Assembly: GCA_002633005.1 (NCBI GenBank)
Contig: NMRA01000084.1
Location: 296,320-360,319 of the forward strand
DNA from: Phoronis australis
Lineage: Eukaryota; Animalia; Phoronida
DNA length: 64,000 nt
Reading direction: 5' to 3'
Shown: in pieces, positions 10,211 through 20,670 of the stretch
Layout of the letters: the number at the start of each line of letters is the position of its first letter
How positions within the stretch are numbered: the stretch's first letter is position 1
Notes under the pieces: model-generated
The model's database searches: none
Told to the model about the DNA's origin: nothing
The model's input: only the letters and a program-made list of their open reading frames with translations
Position numbers and translations under genes: made by a program

Positions 10211-13200
10211 ATTTCCACCACAAGAGCTGAAATATTACAGCATCCCCGTTGTCAGTGGTTTCTGTTACCCAGATGTGCCACTTTAGGTCCAGTGAAACGG
10301 TGTATCGTTTTCTTGCGAATGGCACAGCTGAGCTTGTCTCTCATGTGTCTTTGTTGAATTCAATAAAGTGACGACAGTAATACTGTTGTATGCTCAGTGG
10401 CAGACGTTTTAGTTTACGCATTATTTGATTCACCCCATCCACGGTTTCATTTGTCTCAAATGTGATTAATCCGTGGTAAAGCAGAGGAAACGTTAATTTG
10501 TTTGCCAATAAACGTGAAGTATTTTAGCCAAATTAAAATGCAGTCACTTTCTTAAATGAGCCTTTAGTCTAATCCTCTTGGGATTTCGTGAGCAAAACTT
10601 GTTTTTACTACAACTCGTGTTCGGCGATATCAAAAATTGTTATTTTAAAGAATTTTCCAATCCAGTAAATTCTTGGACGTTGGTTATGACGTACTCCAGC
10701 GTTATTTGTTTTACTCGCTTCAGTTTAAATCCTATTCATTTACTAAGTGGGTTTGTTTTGCTAGAAAATCACTTCGCATTTAATTGAAGTGACCGGTTGC
10801 AATACGGTTTACGTATGATCGACTTTCGTTTAATTATGAAATTACTTTGTGTGCAGTATTTGACAGGTATTTCGTTCTATCTTCAGGATGTTTTATTTTG
10901 TTTTGAATACGTCAATGAAGCCCTCCGTAAGTAGGCATGGTCAAATCACAAAACAATCTCAAAACGACGGAACGAGCCTCTCCAATGGGAGACAATTTCA
11001 CCGATCAGTTTCCCAGCGAACTGTTGTCTTATCCGACAAAATTCCCTACGAAAAAGTACTCATTTAATTCCCTTGGGAGTTCGAAGCTCAACGCAACATT
11101 CATTTTCCTTCTGCAAAAACCCATAGAAGGGTTTTCAATTGATATTATTTTTATTTTAGAAGTTCCGGTTAAAGCGATGCAGTCGTTTTTGACAACATGA
11201 CGTCTCTTTCGGTTTCAGGTTTAGTGTTCAACAATTCCTTCCAACGTGATGGGTTTATGGAAGCAATCCCTACAACACACTGGCGTTTCTAGAACAAAAT
11301 TCCACGAAAAGGTTTCCTATAAACGGGTGCCTTCGAGTCCATTGTCTAGGTGGGTTTCCAAAATTTTCAGCTACATTAAAACTGAGTGAAAAAAGTGGGA
11401 CATAGATGAACAGCTGAATCGGATTAGATTCTATGATGGTCAATGCTCCAGGTATCACCTACTTGTAGACTGAACTTCTGCATATGCGTGTATGCCTTTT
11501 TGTTTAATGGTTTCAGGGTCGTTGAAGTTTGCGTGAGATCGAGCAAACACTCCGATTAATAGGTTTTCCGTTTATACCACTCAAGCTTATCTCATGTTAA
11601 TTGGAAATCAAAGCGTGTCACGCTAGGTCATCGCGAAAGAAACATTTTTTATGAAGTACACCGGGATCCTAATTTTTGACGTTCTTTGAAACAATGTCAA
11701 AGTTCGGAAGTTGGGAATATTTTTAAAATTTGAACGCCTCGTCAGTGTTCCCATTTATTCGCCTGCAGCAGGTTAAACAATCGTCGCGTGACTTGCATTA
11801 ATTTAATTTCTATTTTCGTGTTGGTTGAGTTCGAGGGCATACCATTTAATTAAATCTAATGCATGCACCTTCATTGTCGTGCGATTTCTTGAAGCTAAAT
11901 GATTCAGTTCAGTTTTGTAGTGTAGAATACAGGCGCGGGACATGCCTTTTACTTGGACTTCCTATCGTACTATTACGACATGTAGGTTGTCAGGTTCCTT
12001 GCTAATTTTGATTGATGCTCTGTTGCTATGGTTTCTGACATTAATGTTCTAACCACCCTCCTCAGTCAACGTGTGTCGACGGGTAATTTAAAACAAATAC
12101 TTATAATAGCACAACAAACACACGCTGCTTTCACTACAATTTATGATGAAAAGCATTCAAAAAACAAATACAGATACAAACAGAAATTCGTGATTTCTGA
12201 AGCCAGTCATGACATTTATACGGCCACTGTGGCGGTTTGAAGATGTGAAATTGTGCGGAATAAGTGATATAGATATTGAAATGTACAAAATCACGGATAT
12301 CAACAAAAACTGATCGAAATCATATTTTTTTTTGTGTTGAAAGGCTTGTTAGGCGCTTTAACATACAAGAACGGATTGATCACGACTGCGACATTACACA
12401 AATGTGGATCGATCCTGATGATGACATCAGGTCATATACGTGAACCGAGGAAGCCGGGACAATGCTACCCGAGGACGAAGTTGAGGGAGCGATCTCTTTT
12501 TTTAAACGACCACTGTTTGTTTCCCTAAGTTTTCTTTGTCTGCTATCAGATTCGCAAGTTTTTACACGCTGTAGTGTTCTTTCATTGTCTGCTCGCCTTT
12601 TTGCGGCGGTCACTGTGCTCTGACAATGTCACTCTCGGCACCCGGTCCATCCATAACCTGACATTGCCCTAGCGATCGGTCCTTATTTTATATGTCAAAG
12701 TTATTTTGCAACCCTATGTGCATTGGTGTTTAGTAAACACTAATTTCCAAACCCTTGAGTATGTGGTCTTGCCAGTGATTTTTGCACAGTTTTGTTCGTG
12801 TTGAAATTAGCATTATGCTGATTGTATAAGAGGCCCATGTGATTTAATTTATTTTCGGTTGTGGTTCGCTATGTGGTCTTGAACGAAAGTACTACGGTAC
12901 TTTACTGCAAGTAGATCACGATACTTGTGCGTCTCAGCTGTTCCATGTTCGGAATTTACCGCGCCGTACAAACGTCCAGGTCACAAAACATTGTTTTCGT
13001 GGAAAGCTAACACAGGTTTTCATTGTTTTGTATTTTCTATAGACAATTTTTTTCTTGAAACTTTCGGCGTGAGAACACGCCTGTAGTCTCGATCTAGAGA
13101 CAGTGAGGTGGTCTTCGCCATTGTCACCGCCGTCAAACACCACGTGCGCCAACTCGGGAATTACATCATTTCCTTTTGATTTATGTGCGTCACTTATATA

Positions 13201-13249
13201 CACTTACACAGATGATGTTCGACGATGAATGTCGTGTCGGCCAAATTGG

Positions 13250-13777
13250 AACCAAAGCCTTCGCCAACCTTGTTGTATTGTGTTAATATCTTAAATTCTA
13301 ACCCCCACAAAGTATATATATTCTGAAAACCTTTCCTAACCAGATTTATTATTCTTATTTATTTGTCTTTATTTTTTCACGAGATATGGGTTTGAACAGA
13401 TATTTTAAAAAATATTGTTCCTCCAATCATATTGATCTTTTGTCAACATGTTGATATCGTCATTTAGTCAAGAGAACTGTGTCTCCTATTTTTGAAATAG
13501 TTCTTAGTTTTTTAATTATCGACTTTTAAGAGCATTTTGAACAAAAACGGCTGCACTTTTGATTTTTAAGGCTTCGTTCCAAAAGCTATTTCCTACATGT
13601 ATATAAAAAAACTAAACAACTCATAATTATCTTATGAAAAAAACAAGTAAATAAGAATAATAAATTTTGTTACGACATTTATTCACCTTTCAGAAAAATA
13701 TATACCTTGTAGGGGTTAGAGCTAACTTAAGATATTTGCACATAAGTGCAACCTGGTAAACACGGTTCATAGTTACC
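13250..13777. mobile_element. Non-autonomous TIR element ending in ...AGTTACC|TTAA (Kolobok-like MITE)
   Basis: AATATCTTAA..CTAACCCCCACAAAGTATATAT..TCTGAAA (about 13285-13330) is inverted at about 13688-13737, and TTTATTATTCTTATTTA is inverted at about 13648-13665. The left terminus is degraded. Confidence 0.65.
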
Positions 13778-15047
13778 TTAAGTGACATTCTTTGTCAGCT
13801 CACAAAATGGGTCTCGCGACGGTTTGCGGGCTATAATGTGTATGTAAGCTACTGTTACGTAATATACTGTACACCATCCATCCAGAAAATGAGTTTTTCA
13901 CCCAAGTGAAAACATTTTCACTGTGATGTGGTGAAAAACAGAACATACAAAAAGGAACGTCAAAAATTGTAATGGTCAGAAAAAATTCTATGCCAATTTT
14001 TGACTACCAAATTCGTAGGATTTGTCGCACAACCTTGATTCTGCCAAGCACATACATGTAGGCCGATTAAGGGGAGCAGCCCCCACCCCCACGCACACAA
14101 CCAAAATGTCGTCGGCATACCGCTTTTAGTGGCTAAATAAGCGGACATTTTCCTCTGAACGCATCACGAGGTTGCCAGCAGTTTCCATTGAAAATTGATA
14201 TGGTATACGGAATTATCTCCCTTGTTGTGTAAATATCAAGGTGAAGTGGAGTGGTAATTGCTTCTCAATTACAATACACTATAAGGCTCTCATGTAAGAA
14301 ATAAATTATTGTCCACGTGAAATTGGTGATTGTGTGTTCTTAAATTTGGATAATGTTACTAGTGTAAACTTTGCTCGAGTATGTGAAGAGACGACAGGTA
14401 CACAACACAAAACGAACCGAAGTATGTCTGCAACACCGTTTACAGGAAAAAAACGTAGACAATTCATCATTACAGACATTACAAAGGTAGTGGTATATAT
14501 TCGTTCGTGCCTGTATCCGTGTTTTGATTATGTAGTCTTACTGCTGATTAGCATTACTACCTGTTTAGGTTGACAGGTGTATTCACGCGCAGGTTATTCC
14601 TGATTGTTCAATTTTTCATCGTCATGAACCTCCGTGATTCATCCGAGAAGCCCGGATGCCGGATTTCCGCTCACTGGTTGCCTACACCAATTGACTTGAT
14701 GCATTGTCTTGTGACATGTGGAAATTGTTGATTCTAAGAAAGTAAAATACGTCTGAAAGGAAGTTTTAAACTAAGTTGTATTGACCGGATGGCGCTACCA
14801 TCCCCAATCATTCCATGACTTCAAGTCGTTCTATTTCCTGGAAAATCGTCACTCATGAAAATCAACATGAAGTTATACGTAGAAATTAACTGCTGCCATT
14901 TATTGAATACGTAAAACGGCTTGAAATTAAGACTGAAAACCCCATTTTGTTTATTTTGGGGTGATACAAAACAGCAAAATTTGTTTTTTTGTGATTTCTT
15001 CATAAGTAGCTGACAATGGCATCCAGTCAGACATTAAGCTGCTATAA

Positions 15048-15656
15048 CATAGGCGGATTTAGGGGGGGGGGGGNNNNNNNNNNNNNNNNNNNNNNNNNNN
15101 NNNNNNNNNNNNNNNNNNNNNNNNNNNNNNNNNNNNNNNNNNNNNNNNNNNNNNNNNNNNNNNNNNNNNNNNNNNNNNNNNNNNNNNNNNNNNNNNNNNN
15201 NNNNNNNNNNNNNNNNNNNNNNNNNNNNNNNNNNNNNNNNNNNNNNNNNNNNNNNNNNNNNNNNNNNNNNNNNNNNNNNNNNNNNNNNNNNNNNNNNNNN
15301 NNNNNNNNNNNNNNNNNNNNNNNNNNNNNNNNNNNNNNNNNNNNNNNNNNNNNNNNNNNNNNNNNNNNNNNNNNNNNNNNNNNNNNNNNNNNNNNNNNNN
15401 NNNNNNNNNNNNNNNNNNNNNNNNNNNNNNNNNNNNNNNNNNNNNNNNNNNNNNNNNNNNNNNNNNNNNNNNNNNNNNNNNNNNNNNNNNNNNNNNNNNN
15501 NNNNNNNNNNNNNNNNNNNNNNNNNNNNNNNNAACCCCCCTCTCGACCTCCCCCCATTCGGTGCTATGCGCATCTACAATCGTGGTTCAGTTTACGCAAA
15601 TTCTTACAGCCGGACAAAATGCTGGCCCCCCTTTTGATATCCTAGATCCGCCACTG
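15048..15656. mobile_element. GC-rich MITE with G/C runs (contains assembly gap 15074-15532)
   Basis: Termini CATAGGCGGATTTAGG and CCTAGATCCGCCACTG, flanked by TATAA on both sides (15043-15047, 15657-15661). Confidence 0.75.
15074..15532. other. Assembly gap (N run)
   Basis: Run of N between poly-G and poly-C tracts. Confidence 1.
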
Positions 15657-15679
15657 TATAAACCTGCCTCCCGTTTAGT

Positions 15680-15805
15680 AACGTTAGGACCTCGCTAAAA
15701 AAGCAACGCGTCGCAAAATCACGTGGACAATTGCCGTGTATTTAAATAAGAGCACGACGGTGACGTTGGCTAGATTTTAGCTAGGGATTCTAGCGTAGCT
15801 GAACG
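15680..15805 (+). repeat. Dispersed repeat, copy 1 (copy 2 at about 44205-44360)
   Basis: The two copies share TAGGACCTCGCTA(A/G)AAAAGCA..TTG(C/T)CGTGTATTT..GTGA..TTGGCTAGATTTT. Confidence 0.65.
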
Positions 15806-18800
15806 CACGCCTACGTTCCGTTCAAGAAACGGAGTTTTGGTTTCTACGTCTTAATCTCGTCAAAATTGGACTCGGCTTGTTTCTTATTCAGATCACAAGT
15901 GAATTCTAGTTTTGCAAAGAATTGACCGTTATTCCTTCAGAGGCTTTGTTCTGTGCACAGTGACATGCCGTGACAAGCCAATTAGTAAAGTCTGGTCAAA
16001 ACCATTGACGAACTATCAGTTTGTTTGAATGTCGCCTTGGCATCACCCCCCAATAGCCGTAGTGACGAAGGAACCATTTTATACCATTTTCACAACAGTC
16101 AGGGGTCTCAATCGAAACTTGGTTCTTGTGCTGGAAGGCGGGTTTTTATCTACTTCAGTAAACTGAAATCGAGACGGCGGCGACCTCATTTGCTGTTCCA
16201 TTGCTAGGCGACGCATGAAAATGGCCGCGGCGAGTTGTAGTCGCTCAAGGTCCTTTCCCTGGGCATATGTGAGAAAAGACTGCGGAAAAAATGCGAACTC
16301 GTTGGAGAAGTAACTTCTCCAGAATAAGCATTTGGTAAAGAAATCGAGCGCTGCACTGCTCTGCAAGGTGTGGTGAACATTTCCAGAATTGCCGATCCTG
16401 TTTGGATAGAGAGCTGGGTCGTTTGCATTCGACTCCCATCTTTCAGAAATATCACGACATTTATTATCATTTCGTTAGAGTTAATCGTAACTCTGATAAT
16501 GTTTCTGGCCTTAGACCAATTAACGATTGGACCCTTCATCCATTTTCGAATGATTTCGAGCATTGGGTTTAATTACACACAACTAAATTCCATAAATGAT
16601 CAAATTTATTCGAAATGTCCGATAACCTGTTAAGTATAAATGCTAACCGCATGAGTGTAACCGTTGCCATAATACTGTGTTGTTGCCTGCATTCTAAGAT
16701 TATATGGCGAACAAAGTGAGCATACGAATGAGGCGGTGCCAGAGGTTTAGAAAGTTCCGCAGATTTTTGCGAAAATAAAAGCTTAAGGAAACACAATCAC
16801 GTATTTCGATGAACAAAAGTCCAAACAATCGATTATCTTTTAGGCCATTTTTTATAATTAGCCACCAACTACAGGATCAGCAACTGAGATAAAACATTGA
16901 GTAAGTACTGGGCTCCATGTAAAATACATGTTTACTGCAAATATGACCACCTGGACAAGTTCAGGCGTCAACTTATACAAGAGTAAATAACATTTATTCC
17001 GGGTTGCCATATTCATGAACTTCATGGAAGAATATTTGAAAATTTGGTTTAGCATTTGCAGCGGTTGCTTATAATCGTGACATTTCATTGTATGCTAAGC
17101 AGAGAATTAAATTAACAGCTTCCAGTCACGGTCTACGGGTTGGGTCTCCAACTAGTAGACATGTTTAACTGCAGAGGGATGTTACACTGATACATCTTCC
17201 AATAACTCTAAACAATGCCAACAATTTTTAACAAATTAACATTACTCGATTTAAATTTAAATTTGTTTCTTCCCTTTGCTCACAGAGGGAGCACAAAGGA
17301 GAATGGCGCATATCAGTTTTAAGAGTATCCACCAATTAATCTATTCCTTATTCGAAATTTAAACCAGCAGAAGTACAACAGCAAATTATAGAATGATTTT
17401 TTCAAGGGTGTGTTGCACTAAGAAAGATTATCTCCTGTTAAAGTGTTCTCTGAGATAAATTCATGTTATTCTGTTCAACTTTGCCATTTTTATTCGGGCT
17501 TAATTGTCGCCGATCGTGTCACTTTAAACTGAAAGAGAGTAAAAGATCACATCAAATTATATAATACCGGCACAGCATGAACATATTTTTTGTTCATATA
17601 TTCCCAGCGTTTGCAGTCATGATCCCGGATGCAACACCTGAGCTGTCTTGGTGAATTCGGGAGCTCTTCCTGCCGTTTCTATGGAAACAGAACTACTCTG
17701 TCAAGATCGCGGTCAGTTTATTATCACCGAGGAACTTCCATTAAAACTACGATGTCTGCCATGTCTGTATAATGAAAGCAATGGAGGACTCAAACCTAAG
17801 GTTTCCTCAATTTGTGAACTGGTGTGAGAGCATCAGCGAACCCATTTCAATGTCGACAGCAAAGAATAGGAAATTTAAAAAAATGTTTATTACCTTCGAT
17901 TTTAGACAAGTAAAGATAACATTTGTGTCAAAATAAATGTTATTGATAATGAGACCCTTCAGTACCATGCGGCAAAGGTGACACCTCTGTGAGTATAAGC
18001 GCACAGCTTGTGATTACTTCCGCCTTGACTGCAGGTTCGTCCGAGTTTGATCTGGGGCAAGTTAACCTGGAACAACTGAATTAAGCTACTGTATCTCAAT
18101 CAGGTGGGCTGAGTTGTCACACGTGTGTCAGGATGCCCCCGCGCAGGTAGCGCCCACACCACTGCTTAGCCTTGTGACCGTCGTTCTAAGAAAAACACGT
18201 AGTGTGGTCAGCACTCGAAAGGTTGGCTGTTGACGATGGTCAATAATCATGCAAACTCCTAGGTCTGTTTTTGGTAAAAATGTATTCAGTTGTTCCCTCC
18301 TGCTCGTTACCTGCACAAGTACACTCTGACTCGCGATCTGACCTCAGATATTTCTTTCTCACTGACTAAAACATAAATTGAGAGAAACGTTACCCAACCA
18401 TGCATATATGTCAAACCATTTGACAAACTGTCACAGAAAACAATTTCTAGCAAAAAAAACCTAAAAGTCTTTTTTTGACTGGACCTCAAGTAAAGGGATA
18501 TCTTGGACATGGAAAGATATTTTCTGAGCTCACTTTTAGCGCCTATCAGAACCTGCAACCACCGTCGCAGTCTGACGTTCTGCTGGCGGGGTTAAAGGCG
18601 AAGGCAACCTTTTTCATGTCATTTTGAGCTAAAATAAGGTTGGTTATCCTAGACATGTTTTCTACTTAATTACAGCTTTTCGTAATTTTGTTAATTACTC
18701 GTCCGCTACTCCGGAGGTGACGTTTTAGGAGGCAAGCATTTCGCGCCAATTTCTTTTCATATAGTCTGACTGTGAGAGCTGCCGACTCAGTCATTGTTCT

Positions 18801-18855
18801 ACCTCGGTTGTGTTAAGTTCCATCGTCGTTTGCTTTCATTTACTATTCAGTCAAC

Positions 18856-19628
18856 ATGCCACACTGTTGCTGCGTAGCGGGATGTACTAATTATCGTCTC
18901 ACGCGCGCTTTGGGAGTACCTTTGATCGTTTTCCGATGGATGACACACTTCGCCGTACTTGGCTCGTTGGTGTGAAGAGCGCAGCGTTACCCGTCCACGC
19001 AACGTACAAAGCAGTCGAGAATTACCGTGTGTGTGTCGTCCGATTACGAAAGGGATTTGTACGCTGAACTGATGAAGGTCCCTGCGAAACAACGCCTGAA
19101 GCAGGATGCCATTCCGTCCGTGTTGATTCACGGCAGTGCCCCGTCGCCACCCCCGAGATGTGCGTTTTTGAAGCGAGAAGCCTCGCGAGCTGTGGCCAGT
19201 ACAGTGGCTGGAGCCATTGGAGGCACTTCATCTACTGTCACCCGTGCCTCCGAACGTACCCCATAGTGTGCAATTCCTGGAACCAGTAGTGATTCGCCCT
19301 GTGCTGTTTTCTCCAGCCCAGAGCCTCTAAGCAGCCCTCCAGCGATATTGAGTAGTGGGAGTGATTACAGGCCCAGTTCGACACCCAGTGAAGAGGACAG
19401 TTCTTCGTCCAGTGAAAAATCGGTGAGCCAAACTTTGATCAGTTTATTGTGGACTTGTCTAAAGTGTTGTAGCTATTTAGAAGGTGCCAGGTGTGTGGCG
19501 AGGGAGTCACACGACACGATGTAAGCAGTTTGGGTGCGCAGGTCGCCATCCAGTGGGAATGTGTCGCGGGGACACTCTGGCAAGTGGGACAGTTGTTCCT
19601 CTGTCCGTGGTATGCCGGAGGTGACTTA
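18856..19628 (+). pseudogene. Kolobok transposase N-terminal remnant with THAP zinc finger
   Basis: Reads MPHCCCVAGCTN..[fs]FDRFPMDDTLRRTWLVGVK..YRVC[fs/deletion]SSDYERDLYAELM..RLKQDAIPSV, then an S/E-rich linker and FIVDLSKVL*LFRRCQVCG..G..V..WECVAG[fs]HSGKWDS..MPEV. It has several frameshifts and stops, and the DDE core is missing. Confidence 0.8.
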
Positions 19629-19629
19629 A

Positions 19630-19894
19630 CCGTGTCCGGTAGTGGCTTGGCCTCGTCGAACTCTGAACAGCACAAGCATTCCATTGAGGTAGGCATAACA
19701 ACGCACACAGTGCATTTGCACCAAGATGTGTCACCACGTCTTTCCTCAGTAGCCGCCTCGTTTCTGTCAACAGATGCCTGTGCCTGTGCGTACTCTGCCT
19801 CGTTATACTCGGGCACAAACATATACCCACTCACTGAATGTCCGTGAAAAAATTTTTCGTCACCATTGCTGTGAACAAGGTCTCCGTCACTCAC
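19630..19894 (-). pseudogene. KolX / P2X7 cytoplasmic-ballast-like Cys-rich protein, truncated N-terminal half
   Basis: GYMFVPEY...RRGDTSWCKCTVCVVMPTSMECLCCSE matches the YxFEP..WCxCxxC..MPT..ECxCCxE pattern of the P2X7 C-terminal/nanor/KolX family. Similarity stops abruptly at about 19630. Confidence 0.78.
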
Positions 19895-20131
19895 ACTACT
19901 GTTACTGTGATACGGGTCACCAAGTCCAGCAATTTTCAGCTTACAACACTCTAAACAATCCCTAAATCCAACGTAGTTGAGTTCTCTACTAACCTATGTT
20001 GCCGCAGAATACTCGCCGATGGAAAGTGGTGGCGACAATTGTTGAAAAACAGCACATAACAAAAGTAGAACAGAACAGATTCGCACGGTAAACTCAACGC
20101 AAAACCAAGTGGCGGGAAACGCTTGCCTCCT

Positions 20132-20388
20132 NNNNNNNNNNNNNNNNNNNNNNNNNNNNNNNNNNNNNNNNNNNNNNNNNNNNNNNNNNNNNNNNNNNNN
20201 NNNNNNNNNNNNNNNNNNNNNNNNNNNNNNNNNNNNNNNNNNNNNNNNNNNNNNNNNNNNNNNNNNNNNNNNNNNNNNNNNNNNNNNNNNNNNNNNNNNN
20301 NNNNNNNNNNNNNNNNNNNNNNNNNNNNNNNNNNNNNNNNNNNNNNNNNNNNNNNNNNNNNNNNNNNNNNNNNNNNNNNNNNNNNNNN
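20132..20388. other. Assembly gap (N run)
   Basis: Run of N beginning inside the Kolobok right TIR. Confidence 1.
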
Positions 20389-20504
20389 AGTTGTAGCGAC
20401 AGCAGACGATAATGTAGGCCTAGTTCTTGGGGTGGTCTATTCCAATAGCGAGCGATGAATCAGCGCGGCTTTGCGTGATTTTGCACTTCACATCATAAAG
20501 AGTT

Positions 20505-20670
20505 CCATAGCAACTCGAGTATGAGTGTCAGATTTGAGTACGTTTGGAGTCTACTCGAAATAAGACATTAGATACGCTTTTTTGAGTACGACTCCAGTGA
20601 GCACGATTTTGAGTATGAAATCTCGAGTATGAGTATGAGTCTGAGTACGGAGATTGGAGACCGGGCCCTG
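20505..20670. repeat. MITE arm with (GAGTAT/GAGTAC) subrepeats ending CCGGGCCCTG
   Basis: Multiple (C/T)GAGTA(T/C)GAGT units, with a CAGGG-type terminus on the minus strand. Confidence 0.45.

Larger units (their letters stand above)
18596..20262 (+). mobile_element. Internally deleted Kolobok DNA transposon (right end predicted inside the N gap)
   Basis: Left terminus TTAA|AGG (18592-18598). 18727-18751 matches the reverse complement of 20107-20131 at 22/25 positions, the inner part of a long TIR. Convergent THAP/transposase and KolX remnants lie between them. Confidence 0.8.

Noticed and set aside
10430-10450. Minus-strand MKPWMG
   Set aside because: It is immediately followed by a stop codon.
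15016-15645. Long ORFs spanning N runs (also 20109-20458)
   Set aside because: Artefacts of the assembly gaps.
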